Shown: positions 36,657 through 49,700, counted from the first letter of the whole stretch. The stretch: DNA of 63,034 nucleotides, filler included, from Diploschistes diacapsis (GCA_023645945.1; 11 parts of 11 records of this genome joined end to end with filler, not necessarily neighbours in it), one strand, 5' to 3'. Notes: generated by a model from the letters alone, not told the origin. Numbers and translations are program-made.

Positions 36657-37574
36657 AGTTTCGCGGTGGGTTGCAGCTGGGTATTCGAGGCATGAGAATC
36701 ACTGAGCACTGTACAAATGGGTAAGGTTTAGAATGATCGGGGTTCTATATTCGACGTGGGAAACAATGCCATCAATTCTGCTAGTATATGATAACACCTT
36801 TACTAGTTAGCGTCCTCAAGATTTTCAGAACAACAATCTGGAAGCGGTTTCCTTAATCATCTTTCCTCCCGTCCATAAATCACCTTCTGAAAAGGCAAGC
36901 AATTGACTATTTCGAATCCTTTGATAATCGAAAGGGGAGCTTTGCGAGTTGTTCCACCCCGGAAGCTCCTTGCTGTAAACGTTGACTTCCTTCTGTGTGG
37001 CTCCGAGTTACTAAGGTGTTATGGCACCGACGTTGTGGCGGTAGCACCTAGAACACCGAGGGCAGAATGCCAAGGTTTCACAGCCTTCCTAGAAGCTAGA
37101 AACATCCTGATTCTTTCAGAGCTGAGACCTGACCGGTGCTCCTGATCGGTATTCCCAACATCGCGTAGTCCATGGTAAACCTCACACAAAACCCTTACCA
37201 CCCCCTCCCTCTCCCTCGACTAAATCCCCTTCCATACCCTCCGTCAGGTAACCTCTCCCCNNNNNNNNNNNNNNNNNNNNNNNNNNNNNNNNNNNNNNNN
37301 NNNNTTAATTAATTAANNNNNNNNNNNNNNNNNNNNNNNNNNNNNNNNNNNNNNNNNNNNGACGTATTTGGGGGGATGGCCCCACTCCAAGACTTGGGCT
37401 GCGTACCTTTTTTGGAGGGGGTGGGGTTCGTTGTGGTAGCTTTGTTTGAAGTTGGGAGGCTTGGTGGGCTATAAGAAAGTTTTTTGGAGATGCACCGATG
37501 CAAGCAGAGCGAGAATATTGGATGCTGGGCTCGCGAGTCTGGTCTCGGAGATGTGGTTTCAGGCTGAGTGGTCC

Positions 37575-38350
37575 TCTGTTTTGATAAAGCCAAATGTTCG
37601 GTTTTAGGGAGGTCTTTATGACTTTTGTGGTTGAGTGATGCCGACTGGATATCCTCGCGCCGAGTGGTTGGTTCCGCTGTATAGATAAAACCAGAAGTTT
37701 CTATCCAGGGGAGACCCTATGACTTTCGCCGCTGGGCGGTGATGATTTGTTGTTCTCGAAGCCAAGCGATTTACGCTGTAGAGGTATGGCCAAAAGGTTC
37801 GATCAATGTGGATCTTTAATGATTTTTGCTCTGAGTGATGCCGGCAAGGTCTATCCGGGTCAAGATGGGTGTGCCCCTGTCGAAATGAGTCTTATAGACG
37901 ATGCCAAAAGGTTCGATCCAATAGATATCCATAGGGGAAACTGCTGCTACTGGTTGATATCGACGGAAGTTTTCTCAGGTAAAATACACGTGCTGATGCT
38001 GAGATAGGTCTTACAAACAAGGCTAGAAGGCTCAATCCAAGGGAGATCCTTAGGGACTGTTGTTGCTACTTCGTGCTGCCTTGCTATTAACGAGCAAGTT
38101 GTTCGTGATGATGCAGAAGTAAGTCTTATAGACAAGCCGAAAGGTTCGATCCGAAGGAGATCCTTAATGACGAGGCTGGCAATTGATGGCGACGTTTCCC
38201 TTCGAGCTAAGGTACTAGTACTGGTGCTAAGACGAGCCTTGGACAAGATCAAAAGATTCAATCCGGGGGAGATCCTTAATGACTTGTGCTGATAAGAGGT
38301 GTCGGGTTCTGTGTACCGTACTGGCGAGATTCGATCCTAATGGAGAGTCG
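37575..38350 (-). repeat. Spaced repeat array A: about 7-8 degenerate ~45-nt cores at ~100-118-nt period
   Basis: Minus-strand core resembles TAAGGATCTCCYYYGGATYGAACCTTTYGGCTTGTCTATAAGAC. Clearest copies at ~37886-37933, 38005-38053, 38120-38166 and 38235-38280. Weaker copies at ~37577-37625, 37676-37724, 37778-37818 and 38315-38350. Confidence 0.75.
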
Positions 38351-39610
38351 CGTCGGTTGGAGGTATGTTTTAGCGAGGAGAATTCCGAGAACCTCGACCA
38401 AATTTGGGAGTTTCTCAGATACTGGTGCGCGCGAAGACCATACTCTGCCCAACAAGATGTTGAGCGCTAAGTGCGGTGAAGAAGAGCACGTGATATAGAC
38501 TGTAGTAGCAGAGGGTTGGAAATAATGCCGGAAGCTTAACCTCAGACGTCTTTCCAAGAGATTGCGGAGTTACTGCTGATAGTTCAGGCTTATATAAGAG
38601 CAGCTCAGGAGATAAGTCGGTCGGAGTAGATGAGGTTCAGCTGTGGTGCCCAAGACCTGAATTGCTGCGGAAGTTTCTAGCGTGGAGGAGATGCAATTTC
38701 CGATTTCGTTCTTGAAGATATCGATCCTAGTGGAGATATCTTCATCGGAGACGAAGTTAGGATAAGGTTCTGGATGATCGATGCTAGTGCAGATCTACCG
38801 GAGCTGATGTGAGAAGCAAATCCTGGGATGCTAGGTTTCCAGATCCGGAAAAGGGGTTCGGTGTTTATCGGTCGAGCGAAGCTGGCTGATTGATTGGTTG
38901 ATAGGCGTGTCAGCTATGATGAAGAAAAGCCTCTAGTGCAAGGATCAAGGAATGAACGTAAGTGAGACAAGTTTCTGATAAATGATGAGAAATCGATGCC
39001 ATGGTTGCCGATGAGGATGGCCTGGGAAAATATTGACAACGGGTGCTATTCTGTTTGTATTCTCACGGAGGTTGCGGTTGAGCGTTGCAAAAGACCAGCT
39101 TCCAAAGTACTTGCATCGCAGTCAGTCGAACGTTGTCCGCTCTATTGTTCGCCACGCGCTGTGCTCCATCATTTCACCCATTTGAGAGGCTATCTTGATT
39201 GCAGAGGAGGCAGTCGAAGTCGAGAGCAGTCAGTAAGGGATCAGACTTCCGCTGTATATTACCGGACATGATTCAAATAAAATATGCTGGTCTGATGCAA
39301 AGGGCAGGGGATGACCGGGAGGATGTCGAGTCCGAAGGTGCGTAAATAACCGAAGTAAATTACACGGAAAAACCATCTTCTTTCAAATCCGACTTCAACT
39401 TCATCGATGCTGCGCAAACTGGCCATCATTCTCATTCTCATTCTCGTGACAATCCGACTGAACATGGTTCATCTGAGTACTGCCCTGGGAAGTGTGTACT
39501 TTCCGGAATCCGCCAACTTCGCCGTCTTCGTTCATGGCAGTCCTTAATATGTTGCGTCATCGCTGTTGCCTTCTGTTTACTGCATCGCCTTTCAAATGCT
39601 CAAGCATAAC

Positions 39611-40446
39611 GAGATACTCCACCTCGAACAGCGCCCCTCTGCTGGGTGGTAAAGCTCGCTAGTCTTGACTTATGCTTGCGCCAGCTGCCCATACCTGAGG
39701 AGATACTCCACTCCTAGCAGTGCCCCTCTGCTGAAGTGGTAAAGCTCGACGAGGTTCCAGTCGCCAGTCTTCATCAACCTAACGAGGTACTCTACCTCTA
39801 GCAGTGCCCCTCTGCTGAGATAGTAAAACTCGTTAGGTTCCAATGGTTAGTGGCCTTTCAGACGATCCGAACCAACAAGGTATTCCACCTCAAACAGCAC
39901 CCCTCCGCTGAAGCGGTAAAGCTTGTTAGTATTCGGTCGCTGGCCGCCCGTTAGTTGCGCAAACTTGATGAGATACTCCATCCTTGGCAGTCCCCTCTGC
40001 AGGATGGTGAAGCTCGTCGAGTTTGTTGTCGCCGCTAGGCGCCTCTTTGTCGTTGCTAGCGAGGTACTCCTTCTCAAACAGTGCCGCTCTGCTGAAATGG
40101 TAAAGCTCGTTAGGTCGACTGTAGCCGCTGGCTGCCGCTGATGACTATCCCCGATGAGGTATTCCACTTCGAACAGCACCACCCTGCTGAAATGGTAAAG
40201 CTCGTCGTGTTTCGATCGCTCGCTGCCTTCCCGTTGCTCATGCCTAACGAGGTAGTCCACTTTCGCAGTAGCCCTCTACGGAAGTGGTAAAGCCCGTTAG
40301 GCAAGGCCGGATATGGACTGGACGAGTGGCTTGAATCAGTGGCAGCTCTTCTTCTCCGATGACAGCCCTAGTGTGTAACTGTGTCAATTGAAGGCGAGGT
40401 ACTCCACTTCTAGCAGCACCCCTACTACTAGAAATGGTAAAGCTCA
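39611..40446 (-). repeat. Spaced repeat array B: nine ~49-nt cores with unique ~35-46-nt spacers (one ~98-nt)
   Basis: Plus-strand core resembles GAGGTACTCCACYTCNARCAGYRCCCCTCTGCTGAARTGGTAAAGCTCG, starting at 39611, 39700, 39784, 39877, 39970, 40061, 40156, 40249 and 40396. The minus strand reads ELYHFSRGALxEVEYL. Confidence 0.92.
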
Positions 40447-41051
40447 CCAACAATCATACAAACGGGTATCAATACAGAAGCCGCGATTAGCGAATCCACC
40501 ATTTGGCCGATGTGATCCATGCCCAAATACTGGCCATGGCATCTGCGATCGAGGCAAAGGTTCCAGCAACTCTCTGCCTGCGCACCGTGCATCTGGCGCA
40601 GCGACAACGGTTCCCAGTTTCGAAAGAGGCGCCTTCAGGGTCGCAACCTCCTTCAAAATGCCTTGACCCATCACGTCCTGCATTTCTGGGTCCGCGTGAC
40701 TGGCGTTGCACGTCTTGTCTGGGAGTCCGGTTGCCCCTGTTTGCTTGAGAGATGCGGGTGGCTAGAGCGATGCGAATGGCTAGCGGGAGGGCGTTGTCGT
40801 TCGCTGATTCAATCTCGGCCGGTAGGCGGACCCTCGTGGCACTGGGGAGACTGTACTCAGCCGGAGTGTGAGGCGCTTTGCGCTTTCCCAACACCGAGGT
40901 GGTTTTGAATAGCGACCGCGAGGGAGTTGGTGGAGGCGGAGGGGGAGGGGGNNNNNNNNNNNNNNNNNNNNNNNNNNNNNNNNNNNNNNNNNNNNTTAAT
41001 TAATTAANNNNNNNNNNNNNNNNNNNNNNNNNNNNNNNNNNNNNNNNNNNN

Positions 41052-43760
41052 ATATAAATATATACCCTATTATATAGCGATAATAGAACCTTTAGAAAAA
41101 CGTAAAGCGATATTTAACTAAAAGCTTAAGACCGTTTCTTAGAAGTTTACGAAAGGAGTAAATAGATTTAAAAGAAAGAGCTACGCCGAGAAAAAATTGT
41201 TGTAAGAATTAATAAAGAGAAAGCTTTTGATCTTCACGTAACTACGAGATGTTTTCGCTAAAAGTACGATACTTGTTTATTTAAATAGACGCCGTAAATT
41301 CTACGGAGACGTTAATATTAATAAAGTTTTCGAAATTGGTTATATACTCTATTACGTGAAAATAGATATAAAGTTCGATTCCTACGGTTATCCAATATAC
41401 GATTCGATAGAATTAATTCTCTTCTTATTTCGCAAGCTAAACGACGTAAAAAAGAAATACTGATTAACGGAGCTAGAAATAATTAAACTGGTTTAATTTC
41501 TTAAAAAAGTCCGATATTTGGTCGAATTTAACGAAGATATATCTAGTATCTTTTTTACAGATCATGCCGCCACGATCGGGATAAATAAGTAAGTTTCCCT
41601 TAATACGGTTAGTATAAAGAAGCTTAACTTACGTCTAATCCGGGTATCTAAGTATATTCAAAGGTTTGATATAGTCGTTAAATATATCTCTAGGAAGAAG
41701 AACTTGGTTCTTAATATATTATCACGATTAATATCTAGAGAATTCCGGATAGAAATTAGCGAAAATATACTAAATGTTTTCTAAAGTTTCATCGAGATAA
41801 TCGCTTACCCAATTACGGTTGTCTAGATGGCGTAAGAACTAAAAAACATGCTTTTAACTGGATATTAAGAATCTAGATAGTAAAAAGTCTTGATCAAAGT
41901 TAGAAAGAACGACACTTTGGGAGAGAACGCTGTGAAGCTGCCGTATAAGATGATTAACGATATCCTGTATTTTAACGATTTTGCCGTGGGATACCGTTTT
42001 TATGTATTCTGTTCGTTCGAAGCAAGGTTCTTTAAGCAGGTTCACGATGATAATAAGTATTTGAAATATGCTCGATCATATTAAAGATTAACAGAATAAT
42101 ATTATATTTGGGATTTATTGAAGAAGTTTCGAGAATACATAAGGTTTTATTTAGCGTATTAGGTTAATAGGACACCTAAATATAAGCTATATGGATTTCT
42201 ATAACCGATTCCGGCGCCGGCTAGGCCATTCCATATCATTATTATCGATTTTATACTGACGTTGTTAATTACGAAGGATAGATACGATATAATATTATTA
42301 ATTACAAACAAATTCACGAAGGTTATTTTTTTAATAATAGGTAAGAAAGTATGGTCTGCCGGAAGGTGGGCAATAGCTCTAGTCCATTGACTGAGACTCG
42401 TGAATTGGGGTTTATCTCGAGTTTTGATTTCGGATAGGGATCCAAAGTTTCTGTCGGACCTTTAGAAAGCAATCCTGAAGGAATTGTAGATAACAGGCTT
42501 TACCTCGACTGCCTATTACTTACAAACGGATGGATCTTCGGAACGAATAAATTAGATAATCGAGATAACGCTTCGCTATTATATTAATTAATTATTAGAT
42601 AAACGAAACTGGATATTAGAATTAACGAGAATTTAATTTATAATCAACAACTCGACAAACTTCAACATAACTAGGTTGTCTCTTTTAGAAATACTTTACG
42701 GCTTTCGTTTACGCGAATTACTTAATTTAATAGTTTTAAAACCAGAAATAGACCCTTCGGAATTAAAGCAATCAACTGACAATTTACCAGACGCACAACC
42801 TGCAACAGATGTAGCTAACTTCTCTATAATAAACCTTACTGCCGTTAAGGTTGAAGCATTCGTTACGACACGGAACAAAGCTGTTCAACGGGCATAATTA
42901 TATACAAGAATGCCGGGTATAAAGATTAGAATATTTTAAAAAGTAAAAAATGAACACACACCAGTAACGATTATTGAGAGAGAAACCGGGACATTTATAA
43001 AGGATACTAATGCCCGAAGAGAAAGATACGTAATAACCGCGCCAACCGCGCTTTTTATTATTATATCTAAAAGACAAGCATTAAAAACTACGAATGCACG
43101 TCGAGACGAAGCTTACGATGTTAGAGCGATTGTATTATTTTAAGATGTTATATTGCGAGAAATACGACGTAAACGTAATATAATCGCCGAGTTAGTACGA
43201 TTAAAGTTAGAAATAACGGACGCGAAGGATGTATTAATAATAATAGAAATTATTATAAAAAAAACGTACGATCGAAGATATAAAGTTTGTTTTATACGCG
43301 AAAAAGATTTCGCGATATTACGATTATATAAAAGATATAAAATACTCGTGACCTTAAATAAGAAGCTTTCGCTATAGTTTACTAATCCGTTCAAAATTTT
43401 TGAACGAGTAGGTAAACTCGTTTATAAATTAGAACTACCATAATATTATAAAATACACGATGTGATTAATATAGCATATTTAGAACCTATTTTAGATCCG
43501 GTTAACGATCCTTATCATCGCCGACCCCTGCTTTTACCGCCTATTACTATCGATTTAAAAAAAGGATATTACGAGATGTATAAATTGCTGACAAAAAAAA
43601 AGATAAAGAGAAATAAAAGATAAAAAATAGAGTATTTAATACGCTAAACGGGTTACGATGTTAACGAAGATATATAGATATCGTCGAAAGAATTATTACG
43701 ACATATCAAGAACCTTGTCGTCGAGTATGAGCGATCACATGAAGATCTTATAAAGGTTAG
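41052..43760 (+). mobile_element. Ty3/Gypsy (chromovirus-like) retrotransposon pol relic: RNase H, integrase, chromodomain; RIP-degraded
   Basis: ELEIIKLV..FTDHAATIG..KLNLRLIRVSKYIQRF (RNase H). RPFHIIIIDFILTL, ISDRDPKFLSDL, QTDGSSER (integrase). YKIHDVINIAYLEP and EYLIR*TGY (chromodomain). Many TAA/TAG stops. Confidence 0.9.
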
Positions 43761-43863
43761 ATAGGATTAGGAATAAGTTACAAACAGGAATGACGAGAAT
43801 TACTAAGATTTTTAATCTTTTAAAAGAGTTAAAGTTATAATGTTATTTAAGGGCTTTTAATAA

Positions 43864-44110
43864 TGTTATGATCTCTATCTATATAAGGTATACACGAGTA
43901 GGATCAAGGTGGGTTTGGTTTCTGTTAGAAGAGGAGTGTGGTAGGAAAAGAAGATAAAATAATTATAGGTCTTAGATTATTTCTAGAAAGAAGGCTTTTT
44001 AAGTGATAAAAATAACGAATATAAATTGATCCCGAGTAATCGTTAAAGATATTTATGAAAGTAAACACGTCTTTTTTTACGAAGGTAAAATCGTGTTTAT
44101 ATATAATTAG
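43864..44110 (+). repeat. LTR-like interspersed repeat, copy 1 (others at 59132-59373 and 60437-60704)
   Basis: All three begin TGTTATGATCTCTATCTATAYAAGGTATACACRAGTAG and share the following AAGGTGGGTTTGG, staying alignable for ~200 nt or more. Confidence 0.8.
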
Positions 44111-46571
44111 CTCGCTCGCCGTTTATCGTAAATTTAACGAACGATATTCTCGAGATTCGTCGTTTATAAGAGTAAACGCGATCGTCGAGCGGTGGCGAAA
44201 GCCTGCTCGCCGTTTATAAAAATGAACGCGAGTAATAAACGTATTACGTGATCTTTGGTCCCGTAATTGATTTATATATAAAACTAGGACGTATTAAGTT
44301 TGATATTTGGATCGTAATATTATCTTTTTTTTTTAATATTATCGGCCCGATGATTCATCGAACGGTTTAACATAAGTATTAAATAAAAAAGAATCTTAAA
44401 TCGTGAGATAACGATGTTTTTTCTAATTTTTCGCAATCGGTCCGTCGAACGAATCTAACTTTCCCGTTTTATTACCCGTTATAAAATTCTTATTATTTCT
44501 TTCTATAAATACTGCTTTTTTAACGATAAGTTCTGTTTTATTATATCGTCTGGTTTTAAAGTTCTAAAGTGTTCGGAATATACGCGCCGTGATCGTCCTT
44601 ACGTGGAAATGTCATGAGCTCGCCTAAAGCGGACATAAGATNNNNNNNNNNNNNNNNNNNNNNNNNNNNNNNNNNNNNNNNNNNNTTAATTAATTAANNN
44701 NNNNNNNNNNNNNNNNNNNNNNNNNNNNNNNNNNNNNNNNNGAAGGGTGGCTGGGTGGGGGCAATGCAACAAGTATATAGCGAAAAACAAAAAAAACTTC
44801 TTGTCTTGCTCCGAACCCGAACTCGAGCTGTCTCGCCTGAATTACAAAGCTTGATCATGTAAGGTAAAAGAAAGACCTCGACCAAAAAGCTCATCTATTC
44901 AAACTAGACTTGGTTTCGAAGCAGACGGCGCTCTGAACCACTGGACACTTAGGGCTTTGATTATCTTTCACCTCAAAAATTTCCCTCTCGCTTCCTTGTA
45001 AGACACCGGCGCGTTGAGAGCCGCCACCAATGGACCTAGTCGGGATATTGTAAGTAGCAGTGTTGACGGTATATATACACGGGACATGTCAGATCTCTGC
45101 AATATATACCATTTCTCTTCCCACGTGGGTAAATTATGGTCATCGGAAGGATAAGCATGTTCCAAGGTTGCTGTTCGTATCTTGTAGGAGTCGTAGAAAG
45201 GCGAGGCCATTTGAGGAGGTACACAAGAGAGAACATGATTGAGCAGTACACGATCTGCACCTGAGAATGAAAAGGATGGGCTGCTGCCCTGGAATCAAAA
45301 TGTAGAAAGATACTCTGCTGTAAGGGGCTCGAGACATATCGGAGAGTATCCAAGCCACTGGGACAATATATTCATGCACAACCCTCCTGAGGCACACAGC
45401 TCCTGGCCTAGTTATCTCTGTAGGATTCAGCGAACTGCTGTTCCTAGCAGATCCGGCTATGAGCAGCCCTTGCACAGGTTGACTGGGTAGTCGTGCACGT
45501 ATATCTGCAGGCTTCAGTACGTGGAGCGGATATGCGTTACAGCGATAACGATAAAGTACATGGGCGTGGTCTTCCAATAGCCTTAATACGTAGGAGCTTG
45601 GGGGTCTGGATATCATTTCCTTGCTTGCCTCACAAACTGCAGCTCGGCCCAAACAAATCTTCCTGGGAAGCTCGACCAGCTTGTAAGTTGCAACAGCAAT
45701 GAACCCCAGCTGTGAGTTGAGCAGTAACCGAAGTCCCAAATCTCAAAAGAATCAGACGTACCGTTCTCAGGAAGCTCCTAGCGCACGGTCTTCCCAGGCT
45801 TCAATTGCGAGCTCTCCCCATGGTCCGGCAAGCTTGGGCGCTAGTCTTGCGTAACGAGCATTGCTCTATTCCATTCACAGAGACTTTGGAAGATGCTAGG
45901 CAAGAAATGGTCCTGTAGTCTACGTGTACACACGGCATTGATCGCAGTAGCGCAAGATGTCAAGGTTCCTTAGCGCCAGGGGTAAGAGGTATGTCAAATT
46001 CGGGGCGCACCAAGAGTTAGACGCCACTGTTTTCATCCTTTAAAGCGGAGGTCCATCACCGCCTCCTCTTTCGCGGGTTTCGAAACAATACCGAATCTTG
46101 TAAGAGAAGGCCTCGGAAATGGACTTGAGACACTAGTTGCCTTAGAAATGGACTCGAGGCGCCAGTTGATCCTCCCTTGTAACGCAATTACAGGTTATCA
46201 GAGACCCAGATAAAGGCGATCTGAGCGGCATCAGCATCTTATCGATATGCTCAGACGTAACGGCGACTATGACTTTTGAGAAGTTTATGCAAACGTAGAG
46301 CTTCTAAGGAGTCCTGGGAATAGACTAGGATACTCGGACGAGTATTTGATGGAAGCTTCGGCCCCTCTTTGGATGGGATTTCCCAAGTAGAGCTTCATCT
46401 CAAGAGCTTTTCTCGTTCTCTACTCCGCCGCATTGATTGCGTCCGTTGCCTTCCGTCTCTCCTTCAAGCTCTTTTTTGTGGACCGTGGTGGCTGTCTAGC
46501 TCTTCTGAGAACATCCAGCCGTTCATTCCTTTCTTTACATCCAATAGCTATTGAACAGGACGACCAGCAAG

Positions 46572-47132
46572 ATGAAGCTCGTTGTCGCTCTCACAGCATT
46601 AGTTGGCCTCACGATGGCGACTCCACTGCCTTTCGCCGCTCACGGCCAACAGCAAGGCGAAGTTCAGCCTCCAGCGCCAGGCCACCACGGCCAAGGTCAA
46701 CAGGGTGCGGGACCTCCAGCTCCCCCCGCAACCACAGGCTCGGCCACTGCATCTGCCGGAGCCTCAAATCCTGCCACCACAAGCTCTGGGAGTACATCGG
46801 GCCCAGTCAACGCTGCTCTCGTTCCTCAATTCGGCGTCACCGCAGGCCAAGATAGGGCGGGAGGCGACTGCGCCGGCATCAACGGCGTGCGCATTCCCTG
46901 CACCTGCCCGCCAGACAAAAGCGCATTCATCGCCAAGCTCAACCAATTCGTGCAAGCAGGCAATGCCTTTGGCACGGCAACGCCTTTCCCGGAGGATAAC
47001 TCGAAGCAGTCACAGATTACGCGTATTCAGACATCGATCGTAACACTCCAGAATTTTGACGGAAAGCCAGGCAAAGGATGCCCAGCTGCGTCAACGACAT
47101 TCCTTGCGCAAAAGAGCGCGTTGCAAGGGTAA
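46572..47132 (+). CDS. Small secreted protein (186 aa, 4 Cys), uncharacterised fungal family
   Basis: Signal peptide MKLVVALTALVGLTMATP, a Gln/Pro/Ser/Thr linker, then GDCAGINGVRIPCTCPPD..FPEDNS..TLQNFDGKPGKGCPAASTT. Intronless with coding-like composition. Confidence 0.85.
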   Translation: MKLVVALTALVGLTMATPLPFAAHGQQQGEVQPPAPGHHGQGQQGAGPPAPPATTGSATASAGASNPATTSSGSTSGPVNAALVPQFGVTAGQDRAGGDCAGINGVRIPCTCPPDKSAFIAKLNQFVQAGNAFGTATPFPEDNSKQSQITRIQTSIVTLQNFDGKPGKGCPAASTTFLAQKSALQG

Positions 47133-48431
47133 CAGGGGAGAGTGTGCGGGACATGTGCGAGGCGAGGTCGAAGGACGATTAGACCTAGAGGAACAATAGC
47201 GATCTGATGCATCTGTGGGTTCCAGAGCGTCGCGGATGATGACTGAGCAATAAATTCAAATATTGAAGAAGGCAATGCAAATGACTCCTAAAGAAAGCCC
47301 ATGGGGTCGACAGAATGCACAACACGTGCTTGACGCGAAAACATTGTGCTTGTAACTCAATTGCTCCCCCAAGGATCAGAGGATGCAAGCTTCAGCATTG
47401 TTGCACCAGTACATTGCAGGATGGGGATTCTCTGGCAGTATTTCATTTACGTACCTCCTCGTGTGCCCTCCAAAGGCTCTCAGCGAACACCTCTATTGCA
47501 TTCTCAAACACGGTGAAACTATAGTAAACAGCGTATCCCCCTTTATTGCCGAGCGGTTGCAGGACGAAAACAGAGGAAGGATTTCTGTTACGTAAGCGGC
47601 AGCTCGACTGCGTAAGAGGAGATAGCGGAGATGGTCTCGGTCCGGGTATATGCTAAGGCAGCAGCATAGGCCTGCAGTATCCCTCAAATATCTTAAGTCG
47701 TTATTAATTTCGAAAAGACCCAGCTTTTTCGCTGCTTGGTCCAGGACCTGAGAGTTTTGGACTTATTCTTTGACAAAGTTTGCTGGGTTGAGTCATTATG
47801 GGTATTCGAAAGGTCAATTCGGAGATGTCTGTGGGATAGTGTAGAGTTCAGCTTCGAAAAACTGCTAGTGCATCAACGGGGCGCCAGAGCTAGTCGTGCG
47901 GCAAGCTGCAAGTCGGCGCCAACTGGGTCTTTTGATAGGATTGATTGGACAGCTATGGTGGTGCTGAATTACATCATTTATTTTGCCAACCTGCTAACCA
48001 AGTCGAATCCCTTGTCGATGCCGAGTGCCGAGTGCCGAATGCCGAGTGCCGGCCGCTGCGCCGAAAATAGCTGAACTAGCCGCTTTAGGATTAGGCAAGA
48101 CCGCCAAGCCTGAGTAAGGAAAGGTCCGCCCCAGCGGTCCATTTCGAGAATAAGGTCTTACTTTACCCCTGCCTAAGTACCCCGCACAGGCTTCTTCCTC
48201 TGGGAAAGCCAAGGGCGACTTGGGATTCCTCAAAGCAATCCAGCTCAATCTCTCTATCCAGCCACCCCCCTTCACAATGACAGATGACGACCGCCCAAGG
48301 TTCCACCCCAACGACCCCTCCCTCCTAACCCNNNNNNNNNNNNNNNNNNNNNNNNNNNNNNNNNNNNNNNNNNNNTTAATTAATTAANNNNNNNNNNNNN
48401 NNNNNNNNNNNNNNNNNNNNNNNNNNNNNNN

Positions 48432-49700
48432 AGCCTAATCGATATTTTATATATATTTAAGTATATATCTCCGTATATTAGGCAAAGCTTTTTTTCCATT
48501 ATAAATATATTTAGGGCCCTTAATTCTAAAATCGTTAAAAAAGGGCTGAACTATATAAAAAAGACCGATAAAGATAGCTATTATTATTCGAATAAACTAT
48601 CCGACCGAATTAATACCTCCCTATAATAAAATAATATTCTTTAATAAATCTAAAAAAGTAACGAAAGCCGTAAAATTACGAAACCTTTCATAAAAGATAC
48701 ACTAATCGTATCCTAAAAACATGTCTATTAAAAAACCCACGGCCTATGTTACGAAAGATTCTACAAAATCATCCGTACTAAGGGATAAATTAACGTCCCG
48801 ACGAATTACTTTATTAATATATATCGCCGCATTCACCATTTTATACTTCCCAGGATCAGTCTTGGCCATTAAAAACTATAAATTTCGATACGATCCTTAA
48901 CAGTATTCTAATACTCCAACATCTATCCTTTCTTAAAACATCTTAATTACCACCGACTCCAAAGCTTTTAGAATGCGAAAAAACTCTATTTACCAAACTT
49001 CGTAATCGATAATATCTATTTCCTAAAACGGCGCAACCTCTAGACGTATGCGTCCCATATGAAAGAAATCCTAGGCTAAAGCTGCTTCCCGATTTAACAA
49101 TACTTTTAATAATAATACTCTTTCTTCCTTAATAAATTACTTACCTATATTTAAAACCTATTTCCGTTCTTCCGTAAAACGTTCCCTTCTAAATATTTAT
49201 AAAAACTTTAGGATAATAAAACTAAAATATTCGTCGTCCAATGCTATTCCTGCGGCTAAAATCATTCTTTATAACTCCGCTTTTTTCTATACAGACGAGC
49301 CTTCCAACGCAGTACTAATATTTAGGTTAAATTTATCGCTAAAACGTATCTTCTAATCCATCTTTTTATATATTATATTAATAAAATATTTCGAAACATC
49401 GTATTTAACATTAAACTTTCTCGATATACGAAAGGAATAAAGAATTTATCCCTATAATAATTCTAATTAAAAGATATATAAACTTTTATAATAAATCTTA
49501 TCAAACTTTTACTATATTTTTTCTATAATAACAGTAAAATATAGACCCTTAAAATCCTTTGATAATAAAGATTACCTATCTTCCAATTTCAAACCTGATA
49601 AATAAAAACTATAAGAACAAAATAAATAAAAAACTTCTACCGTTAACTTCCGTACTCCGGGATATGAGAAAAAAGGATCTTCCCCGGTTAGGATCCTTAC
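48432..49700 (-). mobile_element. Ty3/Gypsy reverse transcriptase relic, RIP-degraded
   Basis: Minus strand reads LLNREAALA*DFFHMGRIRLEVAP, KYKMVNAAIYINKVIRRDVNL..DDFVESF..LIDMF*GYD*..RNFTAF, a degenerate fungal Gypsy RT (D.FSGYDQ..SRD.TAF). Boundaries approximate. Confidence 0.8.

Noticed and set aside
37019..37260. Possible 3' end of a minus-strand gene at the contig edge
   Set aside because: Only ~60 codons with no identifiable family.
39611..40446. Calling array B a true CRISPR array
   Set aside because: The context is eukaryotic, no cas genes are present, the cores are too degenerate, and the spacing mostly preserves a reading frame. It is reported as an unexplained repeat instead.
44742..45740. 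ORFs 44968-45210 and 45140-45739
   Set aside because: A small spliced gene starting at 45210 is possible, but there is no motif or compositional support.
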